In this document: in pieces, positions 26,915 to 34,859 of the stretch
Position numbering within the stretch: position 1 is the first letter of the stretch
Layout: every line of letters starts with the position of its first letter
DNA from: a virus
Taxonomy: Duplodnaviria > Caudoviricetes
Strand: one strand, 5' to 3'
Length of the DNA: 37,190 nucleotides
IMG/VR virus record: IMGVR_UViG_3300044504_000062
Coordinates: 1-37,190 of that record
Position numbers and translations under genes: made by a program
The notes under the pieces: model-generated
Told to the model about the DNA's origin: nothing
The model's input: the letters and a program-made list of their open reading frames with translations, nothing else
The model's database searches: none

Positions 26915-27349
26915 ATGTTAGGCAAATTGTTCGGCAAGAAATCCGGCCAGGCCCGTGCAGCAGTCGCCAAGCTGGCAAACCGCGACCTGATGGAAGCGGT
27001 GGTGTATGGCTCGATCTACGTCGCGGCCGCCGATGGCGAGCTGGAAGAGAGCGAGCTGTCGAAGATCGAAACCATCCTGAGCAACAACCCGGCGCTCCAG
27101 GGCTTCGGCGCGGAGCTTTCCAACACCATCGACCGCGCCAAAACCGACTTCAAGTCAGGTGCTCGCATCCTGCGGCAGAACGCCGAGAAAGAGCTGGGCG
27201 ACCTAGCTCACTCCCCAGCTGAAGCGCTGACCGTACTCAACGTGATGCTCACCGTGGCCGAGGCCGACGGCGAGATCGAGCCGGCAGAGCTGACTTCCCT
27301 CGAGCGCAGCGCAAAGCTGTTGGGGCTGAATCTGAAAGACCACCTGTAA
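26915..27349 (+). CDS. TerB-family protein
   Basis: Duplicated AADGELEESE / AEADGEIEPAE metal-binding motifs. Confidence 0.88.
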   Translation: MLGKLFGKKSGQARAAVAKLANRDLMEAVVYGSIYVAAADGELEESELSKIETILSNNPALQGFGAELSNTIDRAKTDFKSGARILRQNAEKELGDLAHSPAEALTVLNVMLTVAEADGEIEPAELTSLERSAKLLGLNLKDHL

Positions 27350-27443
27350 GCATCACTTCTGCCCATTCAATGAGTTGGCAGCGGGATGCGGACGACCAAT
27401 ACCGCTATGCGGCCACCTGCATCAAACCCAACCGGAGAACTAC

Positions 27444-27572
27444 ATGCTCCTACTGATCCTGATCGGCGTAGCGCTCAGCCATACGCGGCCAGAACCGCAA
27501 TGTCACAGCAAACTGCCAACCGATCCTTTGCAAATTCCCAGCGAGCACTGGCGATGTACCAGCGGGGTCTAG
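27444..27572 (+). CDS. 42-aa protein with hydrophobic N-terminus
   Basis: GGAG SD then MLLLILIGVALSHTRP... Confidence 0.45.
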   Translation: MLLLILIGVALSHTRPEPQCHSKLPTDPLQIPSEHWRCTSGV

Positions 27573-27624
27573 GCGTTCTGGCGCTGATGGTCCCGCCAAA
27601 AACTCAAACGACTACATCTGTGAA

Positions 27625-27654
27625 AGGCCCGAACGTCCAACGGGCCTTTCTTTT
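27625..27654 (+). terminator. Probable intrinsic terminator (tL-like)
   Basis: AGGCCCG-aacgtccaa-CGGGCCT followed by TTCTTTT. Confidence 0.65.
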
Positions 27655-27754
27655 GCCCCCGCCTTTATCCGTCAGCACCCTCCCCTGGACCCACCGGCAC
27701 ATACCAGGCGGTCAGGTTGCTGACGAATAAACGCAACCCACAGAGGTATCCACC

Positions 27755-28036
27755 ATGCACGCATCAATTCAACAGCGCGTCGACGGGGTTGCGGCCCTGC
27801 ATGTTCGCTCCCGCATTGCCACCGCCGAGTTCTACGCCATGATCGGAAAGGATCAGCCAGTGCAGCAGATTCGATTCCAGATCAAGAACGTCGGCAACGC
27901 TTACCACATCGTGGAGCGCTCTACCGGCAAGGTGAAGGGCTTCCGTTGGACCTGGAAGGAAGCCAGCGACTTCGCCCAGACCCTGGAATCTCGTGCAGAT
28001 GGAGTGAAGGTGACGCTCTCAGGTGGTGCGCAATGA
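27755..28036 (+). CDS. Hypothetical phage protein (93 aa)
   Basis: GAGG SD; YHIVERSTGKVKGF. Confidence 0.78.
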   Translation: MHASIQQRVDGVAALHVRSRIATAEFYAMIGKDQPVQQIRFQIKNVGNAYHIVERSTGKVKGFRWTWKEASDFAQTLESRADGVKVTLSGGAQ

Positions 28037-28347
28037 TCGGCGTGCCAATGCCAAACCCGCGTGACTCGATCATCGATGAGCTGAATCAGCATCTGGACGC
28101 ATTCTTTGGCGCCGGGCGCACCGTACAAGAAGTAGCCCAGGGCGTCAGCGGCGTGAAGGATGGCACCTACGGCGGCGGCCACAGCAGCAAGCTGCGTGCC
28201 GAGCGCGATCGTCTCGCACCCGGCCTAAAAGCTTTGGCCGAGGCCGGCAGCTCGATCAACAAAGCCGCTGCAGCAATGGGCATCGATCACAAGCGCGCCA
28301 GGCTCATCGCCCGGGAGAACGGCTTCAAGTTCGCCGACACCCCATGA
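28033..28347 (+). CDS. Hypothetical protein with C-terminal HTH-like segment
   Basis: Start revised to ATG 28033 (ATGA overlap); SINKAAAAMGIDHKRARLIA. Confidence 0.72.
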   Translation: MIGVPMPNPRDSIIDELNQHLDAFFGAGRTVQEVAQGVSGVKDGTYGGGHSSKLRAERDRLAPGLKALAEAGSSINKAAAAMGIDHKRARLIARENGFKFADTP

Positions 28348-28428
28348 AGCGCATCAGCAAGATCACCGCCGCGCGGCGCCGGCCGACATGGCTGGCTATC
28401 CCGGCAAGTGGAATCGAAGAGGTAGGCC

Positions 28429-28794
28429 ATGGCCGAGGAACAGCAGGAGCCGACGGCGGAAGCCCTGAAGCAGCGGCGCAAGCGCGAGAAGGCGGCAGCG
28501 AAGGACGCAGCATTGGGCGTCGAGAAATTTACGATTGAGGTGGCCGGCGTATTCAAGGCCGACCTCAAGCGCCTGATGAAGCAGCACGGCTTCAACAATC
28601 AGCAGGAGGTGTTCCAGAACCTGCTGCGCAACGTCATCGCCGCCGACTTCAAAGTGGCGGCGCAGATGCTCAAGTGTGTCACGACACCTTTTGTAGTTGC
28701 TGAAAAGGTGTCGCAGATAATCAGGGCTGCGGGCCTGAAGTCGCTCGCCGACGACCCGCCAGAGCCTGACGACGAAATCGAAAGACCAGCATAA
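28429..28794 (+). CDS. Hypothetical phage protein (121 aa)
   Basis: GAGG SD; basic KQRRKREK segment. Confidence 0.75.
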   Translation: MAEEQQEPTAEALKQRRKREKAAAKDAALGVEKFTIEVAGVFKADLKRLMKQHGFNNQQEVFQNLLRNVIAADFKVAAQMLKCVTTPFVVAEKVSQIIRAAGLKSLADDPPEPDDEIERPA

Positions 28795-28851
28795 CCCACC
28801 CTGCTCGCTGCATCCGGTAACCGGAGGGCGGCGCCTGACTGGAGATAATCC

Positions 28852-29412
28852 ATGAGCAACTACATGTACAAGACCACCGCCCCGGCTGTGGTTGCCGCCG
28901 TCATCGCCTGGGATGCCAAGCGCTCAGCCTGGAATACACAGCGCGCCAAGCTGGGCCAGGTGTTCGGCGGAGAAACATCTCCGATGCGCTCAGGCAGCCG
29001 CAGCTATGTCGGCGGAGTGAAACTCAGTGCAAGCCGGGATCTTGACGTGCATTGGTGTCGCCCCGACCAATATGGCTACCGCGCGCTTCGCTCCAGCGCC
29101 AAGCCAGCGAAAGGCACCTCGAAAGAAGATCGCGCCGCGCAGGTCGTCGAGCACGAGCGCTTGGTCACGCTGTGGAAGGAGCATTGCCCCGCCAGTATCG
29201 ACATGGACGAGGCCTGGGAGGCGATCGGCCTGAACCCCGGCGCGCTGTGGATGTGCGGCGGCGTGTTCTTCGAGCTGGATGGGGTCGTTTACCTGAACCT
29301 CGGCCTCAGGCTTGAGGATGGAAACGAGAACATCGAGGGCGCCACCGAGATCCTCGGCAGCGCGTTTGAAACGGCACGGCAGACAGTCCTGGGGCAGCGA
29401 CAAGCAGCCTAA
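28852..29412 (+). CDS. Hypothetical phage protein (186 aa)
   Basis: GGAG SD; host-like codon usage. Confidence 0.8.
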   Translation: MSNYMYKTTAPAVVAAVIAWDAKRSAWNTQRAKLGQVFGGETSPMRSGSRSYVGGVKLSASRDLDVHWCRPDQYGYRALRSSAKPAKGTSKEDRAAQVVEHERLVTLWKEHCPASIDMDEAWEAIGLNPGALWMCGGVFFELDGVVYLNLGLRLEDGNENIEGATEILGSAFETARQTVLGQRQAA

Positions 29413-29418
29413 CGCCTA

Positions 29419-29673
29419 TCAGCCGTTACCACGCTCATACCAAGCTGACGCTTTCTCAAGTGCCAGCCTTTCAGCATGCTCGACGCTTTCGAAAGGCCCA
29501 TTGATCGTGCCGATAACTCTGTCGCCATCGTCATTCACGGTCACATAAACCGAGACAGGTATGGGGTCGTTGTCTGCGCCCCAGGTTGGCTGAGCCATCA
29601 CCTCCTTGCCTTTTCCTATTCCGCTTTCGATGGTGAGGATGTTGGTCCATGGGCGATCCACTAGCGGTTTCAT
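29419..29673 (-). CDS. Counter-oriented small acidic protein (84 aa)
   Basis: AAGGAG SD; fills intergenic gap exactly. Confidence 0.7.
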   Translation of the reverse strand: MKPLVDRPWTNILTIESGIGKGKEVMAQPTWGADNDPIPVSVYVTVNDDGDRVIGTINGPFESVEHAERLALEKASAWYERGNG

Positions 29674-29771
29674 AACTTCTCCTTAATCCGGCTCCATGCC
29701 GGTCACCCGTAATACCCCATATCAACGAATCACGCCAGCCGGCGAGGCAGGCGCACGCTTGGAGATAACCC

Positions 29772-30141
29772 ATGCAAGCAGTCATCTACGCTGGCCTGCG
29801 TAACGGCGAGCGCGATCAGCAAATCCACGACGCCTTGGTCTATAAGCACGTCGTTGAGGTCGCCAAGGAGTTCCAGCTGGCACCGAACACGATCCGCGCG
29901 GCGGCAAAGCGCATTCAAAACGCTGTTGTGTTCGATCTCTGTCTGCTAGGGGGGGGGGCAGCCAATGCCTATTGGCAAAGTCGTTGCGAACTGTTTCCGG
30001 AAAGCGGCCCTCGGCGCTTACCGTAACTACCACGGCACCTTCCGCAACCTTGAGCTGCCTTGCTGGGTGATCACCGACGGCACCAACCGCATTGAGGTGA
30101 TGGAGCTTCGCAAGATCGATACCGGCGAAGTTTCGCTATAG
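29772..30141 (+). pseudogene. HTH-like gene frameshifted at a G10 tract (122 aa if G9)
   Basis: G run 29949-29958; deleting one G joins ...DLCLLGGG to QPMPIGKVVANCFRK...GEVSL*. Confidence 0.75.
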
Positions 30142-30194
30142 ACACCACCCACTCCTGAACCCCTCATGAATCACGCCACAGGCGAGGATCCACT

Positions 30195-32252
30195 ATGTCC
30201 GCACAACAGAAGAAACACCCCTTCGATTTCAAAACCCAATACGGACTCGGCTTCAACCCTCAGGACGATGAGATCGTTGTCGACTTCTTCTGTGGTGGTG
30301 GCGGCGCCGGTACCGGGTTGGAAATGGGCCTGGGCCGCGCGGTGAACGTGGCGAAGAACCACAGTCCGCAGGCGATCAGCATGCATACCGTGAATCACCC
30401 AGGCGCCCAGCACTTCACAACCGACGTGTTCGATGGTGACCCGGAAACCGAATGCGGCGGCAAGGCCGTGGGCTGGTTCCACATGTCCCCGGACTGCACC
30501 CACCACAGCCAGGCCGCCGGCGGCCAGCCGCGCAAGCGTGAGATCCGGAACCTTTCGTGGATCGGCTTGAAGTGGGGAGGCAAGAAGCGGCCCCGGGTGA
30601 TCAGCCTGGAAAACGTGAAACAAATCCTCCAGTGGGGGCCGCTGATCGCCAAGCGCGACAAGGAGACCGGCCGCGTGGTGAAACTCGGCGGCGAAATTGC
30701 AGCGCCTGGTGAGGTTGTGCCGGTCGGCCAGCAATTCCTGATCCCCGACCCGAAGCAGCGCGGCCGCACCTGGCACCGCTTCGTGGCTCTGCTCGAGGGC
30801 ATGGGCTACGTCGTCGAGTGGAAGGTGATCAAGGCATGCGACTTCGGCGCGCCCACCAGCCGGGAACGCCTTTTCATGATCGCCCGGTGCGACGGCCAGC
30901 CGATTGTGTGGCCGGAGCCAACCCACGCCAAAAACCCCGCCAAGGGCCAGCAGAAGTGGAAAACAGCCGCTGACTGCATCGACTTCACCGACCTGGGCAA
31001 AAGCATATTCGGACGCAAGAAGGACTTGGCACCGGCCACCCTGCGCCGCGTTGCCAAGGGCATGAAGAAGTTCGTTATCGACAGCGCGACCCCATTCATT
31101 GTGCCGATCGCCAACTGGTCGGGCGAGACGGTGCAGTCTGCCGACGAGCCGCTGCGCACCGTCACCTCCTACCCGAAGGGCGGCGCCTTCAGTGTGGTCA
31201 GCCCAATCATCGCACCGGCAACGCACCAGGGCAGCGACCGAATCAACGACCCACTCGATCCGCTGCCTACCGTGACCTGCGCAAACCGCGGCGAGCTGAC
31301 ACTGATCAGTCCTACGTTGATTCAATCGGGCTATGGCGAGCGTCCGGGCCAGGAGCCGCGAGTGCCTGGTCTGGATCAACCACTCGGTACCGTGGTCGCC
31401 GGCGGTGTGAAGCACGCTCTGGCAGCCGCGCACCTGGTGAAGTTTCGCTTCAATGACGCGGGCAAGGCGCTGGACGAACCACTGCCAACCATCACCAGCG
31501 GTGGAAACTACCAGCGCCCGGCCGGCGCCGCGCACGCCATGGGCATCTCCACGGTATTCATGGCGCAGATGAATGGAGGCTTCAACACCACCGACGCCAA
31601 GAGCATCGAAGACCCGATGACTACGGTCACCAACACCGGCAGCCAGCAGCAACTGGTGGCCGCGAACCTGGTGCACCTGCGTGGCAACTGTGATGCACGC
31701 GACCTCAACGACCCACTGCACACCGTCAGCGCCGGCGGCCAACACCACGGGTTGGTCAGCGCTTTCATGGAACGGGCATTCGGCGGCAGCGTGGGCCAAG
31801 GCCTGGAAGAGCCGGCGCCAACCATCACCGCCGGCGGCGGCGGCAAGAGCTCGCTGGTGTCGCTCACTCTCTCGCCAGAGCACGAAGCCGGTGCCCTGCG
31901 GGTCGCCGCGTTCCTGATCAGCTACTACGGCACCGAGAACATCAGCGCATGCGACTCGCCGGCGCCGACCATCACCACCAAGGACCGCCTGGCCATGGTC
32001 ACCGTGATGGTGAAGGGCACGCCCTATGTGATCGTCGACATCTGCCTGCGGATGCTCAAGCCGTCCGAGCTGTACAAGGCCCAGGGCTTCCCGGCCGACT
32101 ACATCATCAGCCACGGCGCCGATGGCAAGCCGTTCACCAAGACCCAGCAGGTGCACATGTGCGGCAACAGCGTCAGCCCGCCGCCGATGGCTGCGCTGGC
32201 ACGGGCCAATGACCCGTGGCGCGCCGAACAGCAGCAGGCCGCCGCCGCATAA
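30195..32252 (+). CDS. Orphan C5 DNA cytosine methyltransferase
   Basis: DFFCGGGG, SPDC, ENV, R.RLF, GNSV motifs; long variable region with P.L.T(V/I)T repeats. Confidence 0.93.
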   Translation: MSAQQKKHPFDFKTQYGLGFNPQDDEIVVDFFCGGGGAGTGLEMGLGRAVNVAKNHSPQAISMHTVNHPGAQHFTTDVFDGDPETECGGKAVGWFHMSPDCTHHSQAAGGQPRKREIRNLSWIGLKWGGKKRPRVISLENVKQILQWGPLIAKRDKETGRVVKLGGEIAAPGEVVPVGQQFLIPDPKQRGRTWHRFVALLEGMGYVVEWKVIKACDFGAPTSRERLFMIARCDGQPIVWPEPTHAKNPAKGQQKWKTAADCIDFTDLGKSIFGRKKDLAPATLRRVAKGMKKFVIDSATPFIVPIANWSGETVQSADEPLRTVTSYPKGGAFSVVSPIIAPATHQGSDRINDPLDPLPTVTCANRGELTLISPTLIQSGYGERPGQEPRVPGLDQPLGTVVAGGVKHALAAAHLVKFRFNDAGKALDEPLPTITSGGNYQRPAGAAHAMGISTVFMAQMNGGFNTTDAKSIEDPMTTVTNTGSQQQLVAANLVHLRGNCDARDLNDPLHTVSAGGQHHGLVSAFMERAFGGSVGQGLEEPAPTITAGGGGKSSLVSLTLSPEHEAGALRVAAFLISYYGTENISACDSPAPTITTKDRLAMVTVMVKGTPYVIVDICLRMLKPSELYKAQGFPADYIISHGADGKPFTKTQQVHMCGNSVSPPPMAALARANDPWRAEQQQAAAA

Positions 32253-32253
32253 C

Positions 32254-32358
32254 TTATAACCACGGAACTGCCGCCAGCCACTCCGCGCAGCGCATGAGTA
32301 TCTGGCTCAGAAGTTCGATCAGTAGTTGGTACGTCAAGTCTGCGATGAGTTGTTTCAT
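32254..32358 (-). CDS. 34-aa hydrophobic microprotein, antisense to early operon
   Basis: Read by eye: MKQLIADLTYQLLIELLSQILMRCAEWLAAVPWL; GAGGG SD; stop 1 nt from MTase stop. Confidence 0.55.
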   Translation of the reverse strand: MKQLIADLTYQLLIELLSQILMRCAEWLAAVPWL

Positions 32359-32505
32359 TCGGTAGTTCCCTCAAGGTTGGTCAGCAAACCAGACGATGCG
32401 CTGACGGTAGTGTTCGATGGTCTACCGCCTATCCCTGGCCTTCCTCTTGGTTTTTTTCCACTCCCCCACTCCACCGCCCGGGCATGGCCCGGCAAGGAAA
32501 TTATT

Positions 32506-33159
32506 GTGTCCGAAATTCACCGCTACAAAGCCGTGAAGATACTGACTGAGGTCGGCAACAACATCAGCTATACCCCGCACGGGCCTGACGTTGTAATGGC
32601 CGCTGACTTCGACCGTGTTGTCGCCGAGCGTGACGCTGCGCTTGGGCGTGAGGCTGCGTTGAATCTACAGATATCCAATCAGGCGGAAACCATAAAACAG
32701 TTATCCGGAAGATATGGCCCCATCGCAGAAGCCCTGCAACAGCGCCTGACCGCAGCGGATGAGCGCTGGGACGAGCTGGTCAGTGCGGTACGGTCAATCA
32801 ACCGTAGCCCGCACTACATGGTCAAAGCGATTGACGACGACCAACCGCAGTACAGGCAGCGCAAGGAATGGATTGATTGGGTGCTTGGGCTTTGCGATGC
32901 AGTGCCTACCTCCGGCGAGCGATCCAACAAGGACTACGCCATCGAGCACGCCGAATACATGGCCAAGTCAGCCGATGACGTGCTGGCGAAGTTCCAGGCA
33001 TACGGCCTGGCTCTGCTGGCCGTTGATGAGGGCGGTGACGATGGCGAAGGTGAGCTGATGGAGAATATCGACTCCGCCCGCGATGTCCTGCAGGAGTCAC
33101 TGGTAGATCTGCGCAGCATGGTTTACGAGTTCCGCAAGCGTGCCGCCAAATCCCGATAG
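32506..33159 (+). CDS. Hypothetical coiled-coil protein (Ead/Ea22-like region)
   Basis: Start revised to GTG 32506 (AAGGA SD); ERDAAL, LQQRLTAADER. Confidence 0.72.
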   Translation: MSEIHRYKAVKILTEVGNNISYTPHGPDVVMAADFDRVVAERDAALGREAALNLQISNQAETIKQLSGRYGPIAEALQQRLTAADERWDELVSAVRSINRSPHYMVKAIDDDQPQYRQRKEWIDWVLGLCDAVPTSGERSNKDYAIEHAEYMAKSADDVLAKFQAYGLALLAVDEGGDDGEGELMENIDSARDVLQESLVDLRSMVYEFRKRAAKSR

Positions 33160-33238
33160 GAGTACATCCGTACTCCACCCGCAAAACCTTTAACTCCTCC
33201 CCCTTCAAAGTCAGCCGCTATAGCGGCAAGGAATTGTC

Positions 33239-33823
33239 ATGCCTGAAGAAAAGGTTGTGATGTACGAATCGCCGGAAGCGGCCAGCATTCAAACAGTCAC
33301 CGGATGGGTCGGCGCCGACGGTCGCTTCTGGGGAAACGATGAGCATATGGCTCGCTGGTGCGGCTCCACTCATCGCCGCTGTAAGAAGAACCCAGATCAC
33401 CCTGCTTACGCAGTGCGCAGTTGGTGCGAGCAATGCTATCAAGAAAGCCGCCAAGCGAAGTTCGCGGCGATGCCGGTAAAGGAATGGTCCGGAGAGCCGC
33501 TGGTTATCTTCGATGGCGACCAATACTTCTTCGACGAAGACAGCCTGCGTGACTACCTGATCGACAGCGATGTCGAGCTATCCGACCTGCAGCTCTGCAT
33601 CTGCGAACCAAACTACCCCAGCCAGATTGACCCGGCGGACCACTTCTGCGATGACTTGCCGGAGGACGGCGAAATTCGTGACGACCAGCTGCTTGCGGCA
33701 TTCGACCTGCTCAACGAGATGATCCGGCAGTCCGAGCCTCTTTCGTGGTCGGAAGGCGAGTACGCCGCATCTCTGCCGCAATCGCTTCTTGATGAAGTCG
33801 CGGCTGCTCGGGTGACGCCATGA
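33239..33823 (+). CDS. Conserved-type phage hypothetical protein (194 aa)
   Basis: AAGGA SD; TGWV...G.FWG.DEH.ARW.G.TH..C, CxxC. Confidence 0.82.
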   Translation: MPEEKVVMYESPEAASIQTVTGWVGADGRFWGNDEHMARWCGSTHRRCKKNPDHPAYAVRSWCEQCYQESRQAKFAAMPVKEWSGEPLVIFDGDQYFFDEDSLRDYLIDSDVELSDLQLCICEPNYPSQIDPADHFCDDLPEDGEIRDDQLLAAFDLLNEMIRQSEPLSWSEGEYAASLPQSLLDEVAAARVTP

Positions 33824-33876
33824 TCGCCACCCTCTGGTTCGCCTACGTGTTCATCTACAAGGGGCCAAGGCCATGA
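33820..33876 (+). CDS. 18-aa hydrophobic micro-ORF
   Basis: MIATLWFAYVFIYKGPRP; ATGA overlaps at both ends. Confidence 0.5.
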   Translation: MIATLWFAYVFIYKGPRP

Positions 33877-34220
33877 ATCAACACGTCCGAGTGAATACGG
33901 CTGATCTGATCGGCCAAGCCTTGAACTGGGCAATGGCTCAGGCCGAAGGAAAGCAGGCCAGGATCACCAAGAGCGGCGTTCGCCTTGCGCTGGGCGGAAG
34001 CACTTACGGAAAGATTAATCCGGCCACCGACGAGAAGGCCGGGACGCTAGCGATACTGCGGCACCGCGTGCGCTTTGATGTTCGGATGCCTGCCCATCAA
34101 TGGGCTGCCCGGGTTGGAGAGGTTATCGCCGGCGGCCCAACCATCACCATCGCAGCTTGCCGAGCTATCGCCGTCGCCAGCCTGGGCGAGGTCATCGACA
34201 TACCCGCCGAACTCGTTTAA
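33873..34220 (+). CDS. NinX/DUF2591-like protein
   Basis: L.G.ALNWAMAQAEG and GPT...AACRAI...LGE. Confidence 0.78.
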   Translation: MNQHVRVNTADLIGQALNWAMAQAEGKQARITKSGVRLALGGSTYGKINPATDEKAGTLAILRHRVRFDVRMPAHQWAARVGEVIAGGPTITIAACRAIAVASLGEVIDIPAELV

Positions 34221-34269
34221 CCCCAATCCCCCCACATGCCTGCCGGTGAGCGGCGGGCGAGGTATTCCT

Positions 34270-34479
34270 ATGTCCGAAAGAATTCCGTGCAGTGAGTACG
34301 ACGCTGAGAAGGTGCGCTGCCTCAGCGGTTTTCCCGTTCTGCATTCGGTATGCCACGGCGCGCAGCCCGGATGTCCGACCTGCGGTGCGCCTAACACCGC
34401 CCCCATGTGCATGCGCGAAGACTTGCCTGCGCACTTGATGCGATCTGACGGCATGCCGATCGGCTGGCCGAACAAATAA
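34270..34479 (+). CDS. Cys-rich small protein (69 aa)
   Basis: GAGG SD before ATG 34270; six Cys including CPTC. Confidence 0.62.
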   Translation: MSERIPCSEYDAEKVRCLSGFPVLHSVCHGAQPGCPTCGAPNTAPMCMREDLPAHLMRSDGMPIGWPNK

Positions 34480-34517
34480 CCCACCTTCTGCCGCCCAGCG
34501 CGGCGCGGAGCATCATC

Positions 34518-34859
34518 ATGGCAGCAGCAGAGCAAATACCTGTTGAGTACCTGTCCGATAAGGTCGCGGAGAAGAACTTCGCGGAGATGGTCGGCACAAC
34601 TCGCCGCGCGCTCCAGGGCAAGCGACAGCGCAACATCATCCCCAAAGGGGTGTGGAACGAAATAGATGGCCAGATTTACTACAGCATCAGGAGATATGAG
34701 GCATGGCTAGAAAGCCTTTGGGATTGCCCGCCGGAGTTGAATTTGCAGGCCAGTCAGTCCGCATTCGCTTCACCTGGAAATTCAGGCGCTGCGAGACCCT
34801 CGCCTATCCCCAAACGCCAAAAGGCATCAAAGCGGCCGCAGATCTTCGCGCTACAGTAA
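34518..34859 (+). CDS. Putative excisionase / recombination directionality factor
   Basis: Winged-HTH-like (FAEMVGTTRRAL...YYSIRRYEAW), overlaps int start. Confidence 0.7.
   Translation: MAAAEQIPVEYLSDKVAEKNFAEMVGTTRRALQGKRQRNIIPKGVWNEIDGQIYYSIRRYEAWLESLWDCPPELNLQASQSAFASPGNSGAARPSPIPKRQKASKRPQIFALQ

Noticed and set aside
28344-28538. 64-aa ORF MKRISKITAARRR..., Arg-rich (N-like?)
   Set aside because: ATGA-coupled but overlaps the next gene by 110 nt, is far from pL, and no boxB was identified; insufficient support
30171-32156. 661-aa minus-strand ORF
   Set aside because: Antisense shadow of the methyltransferase
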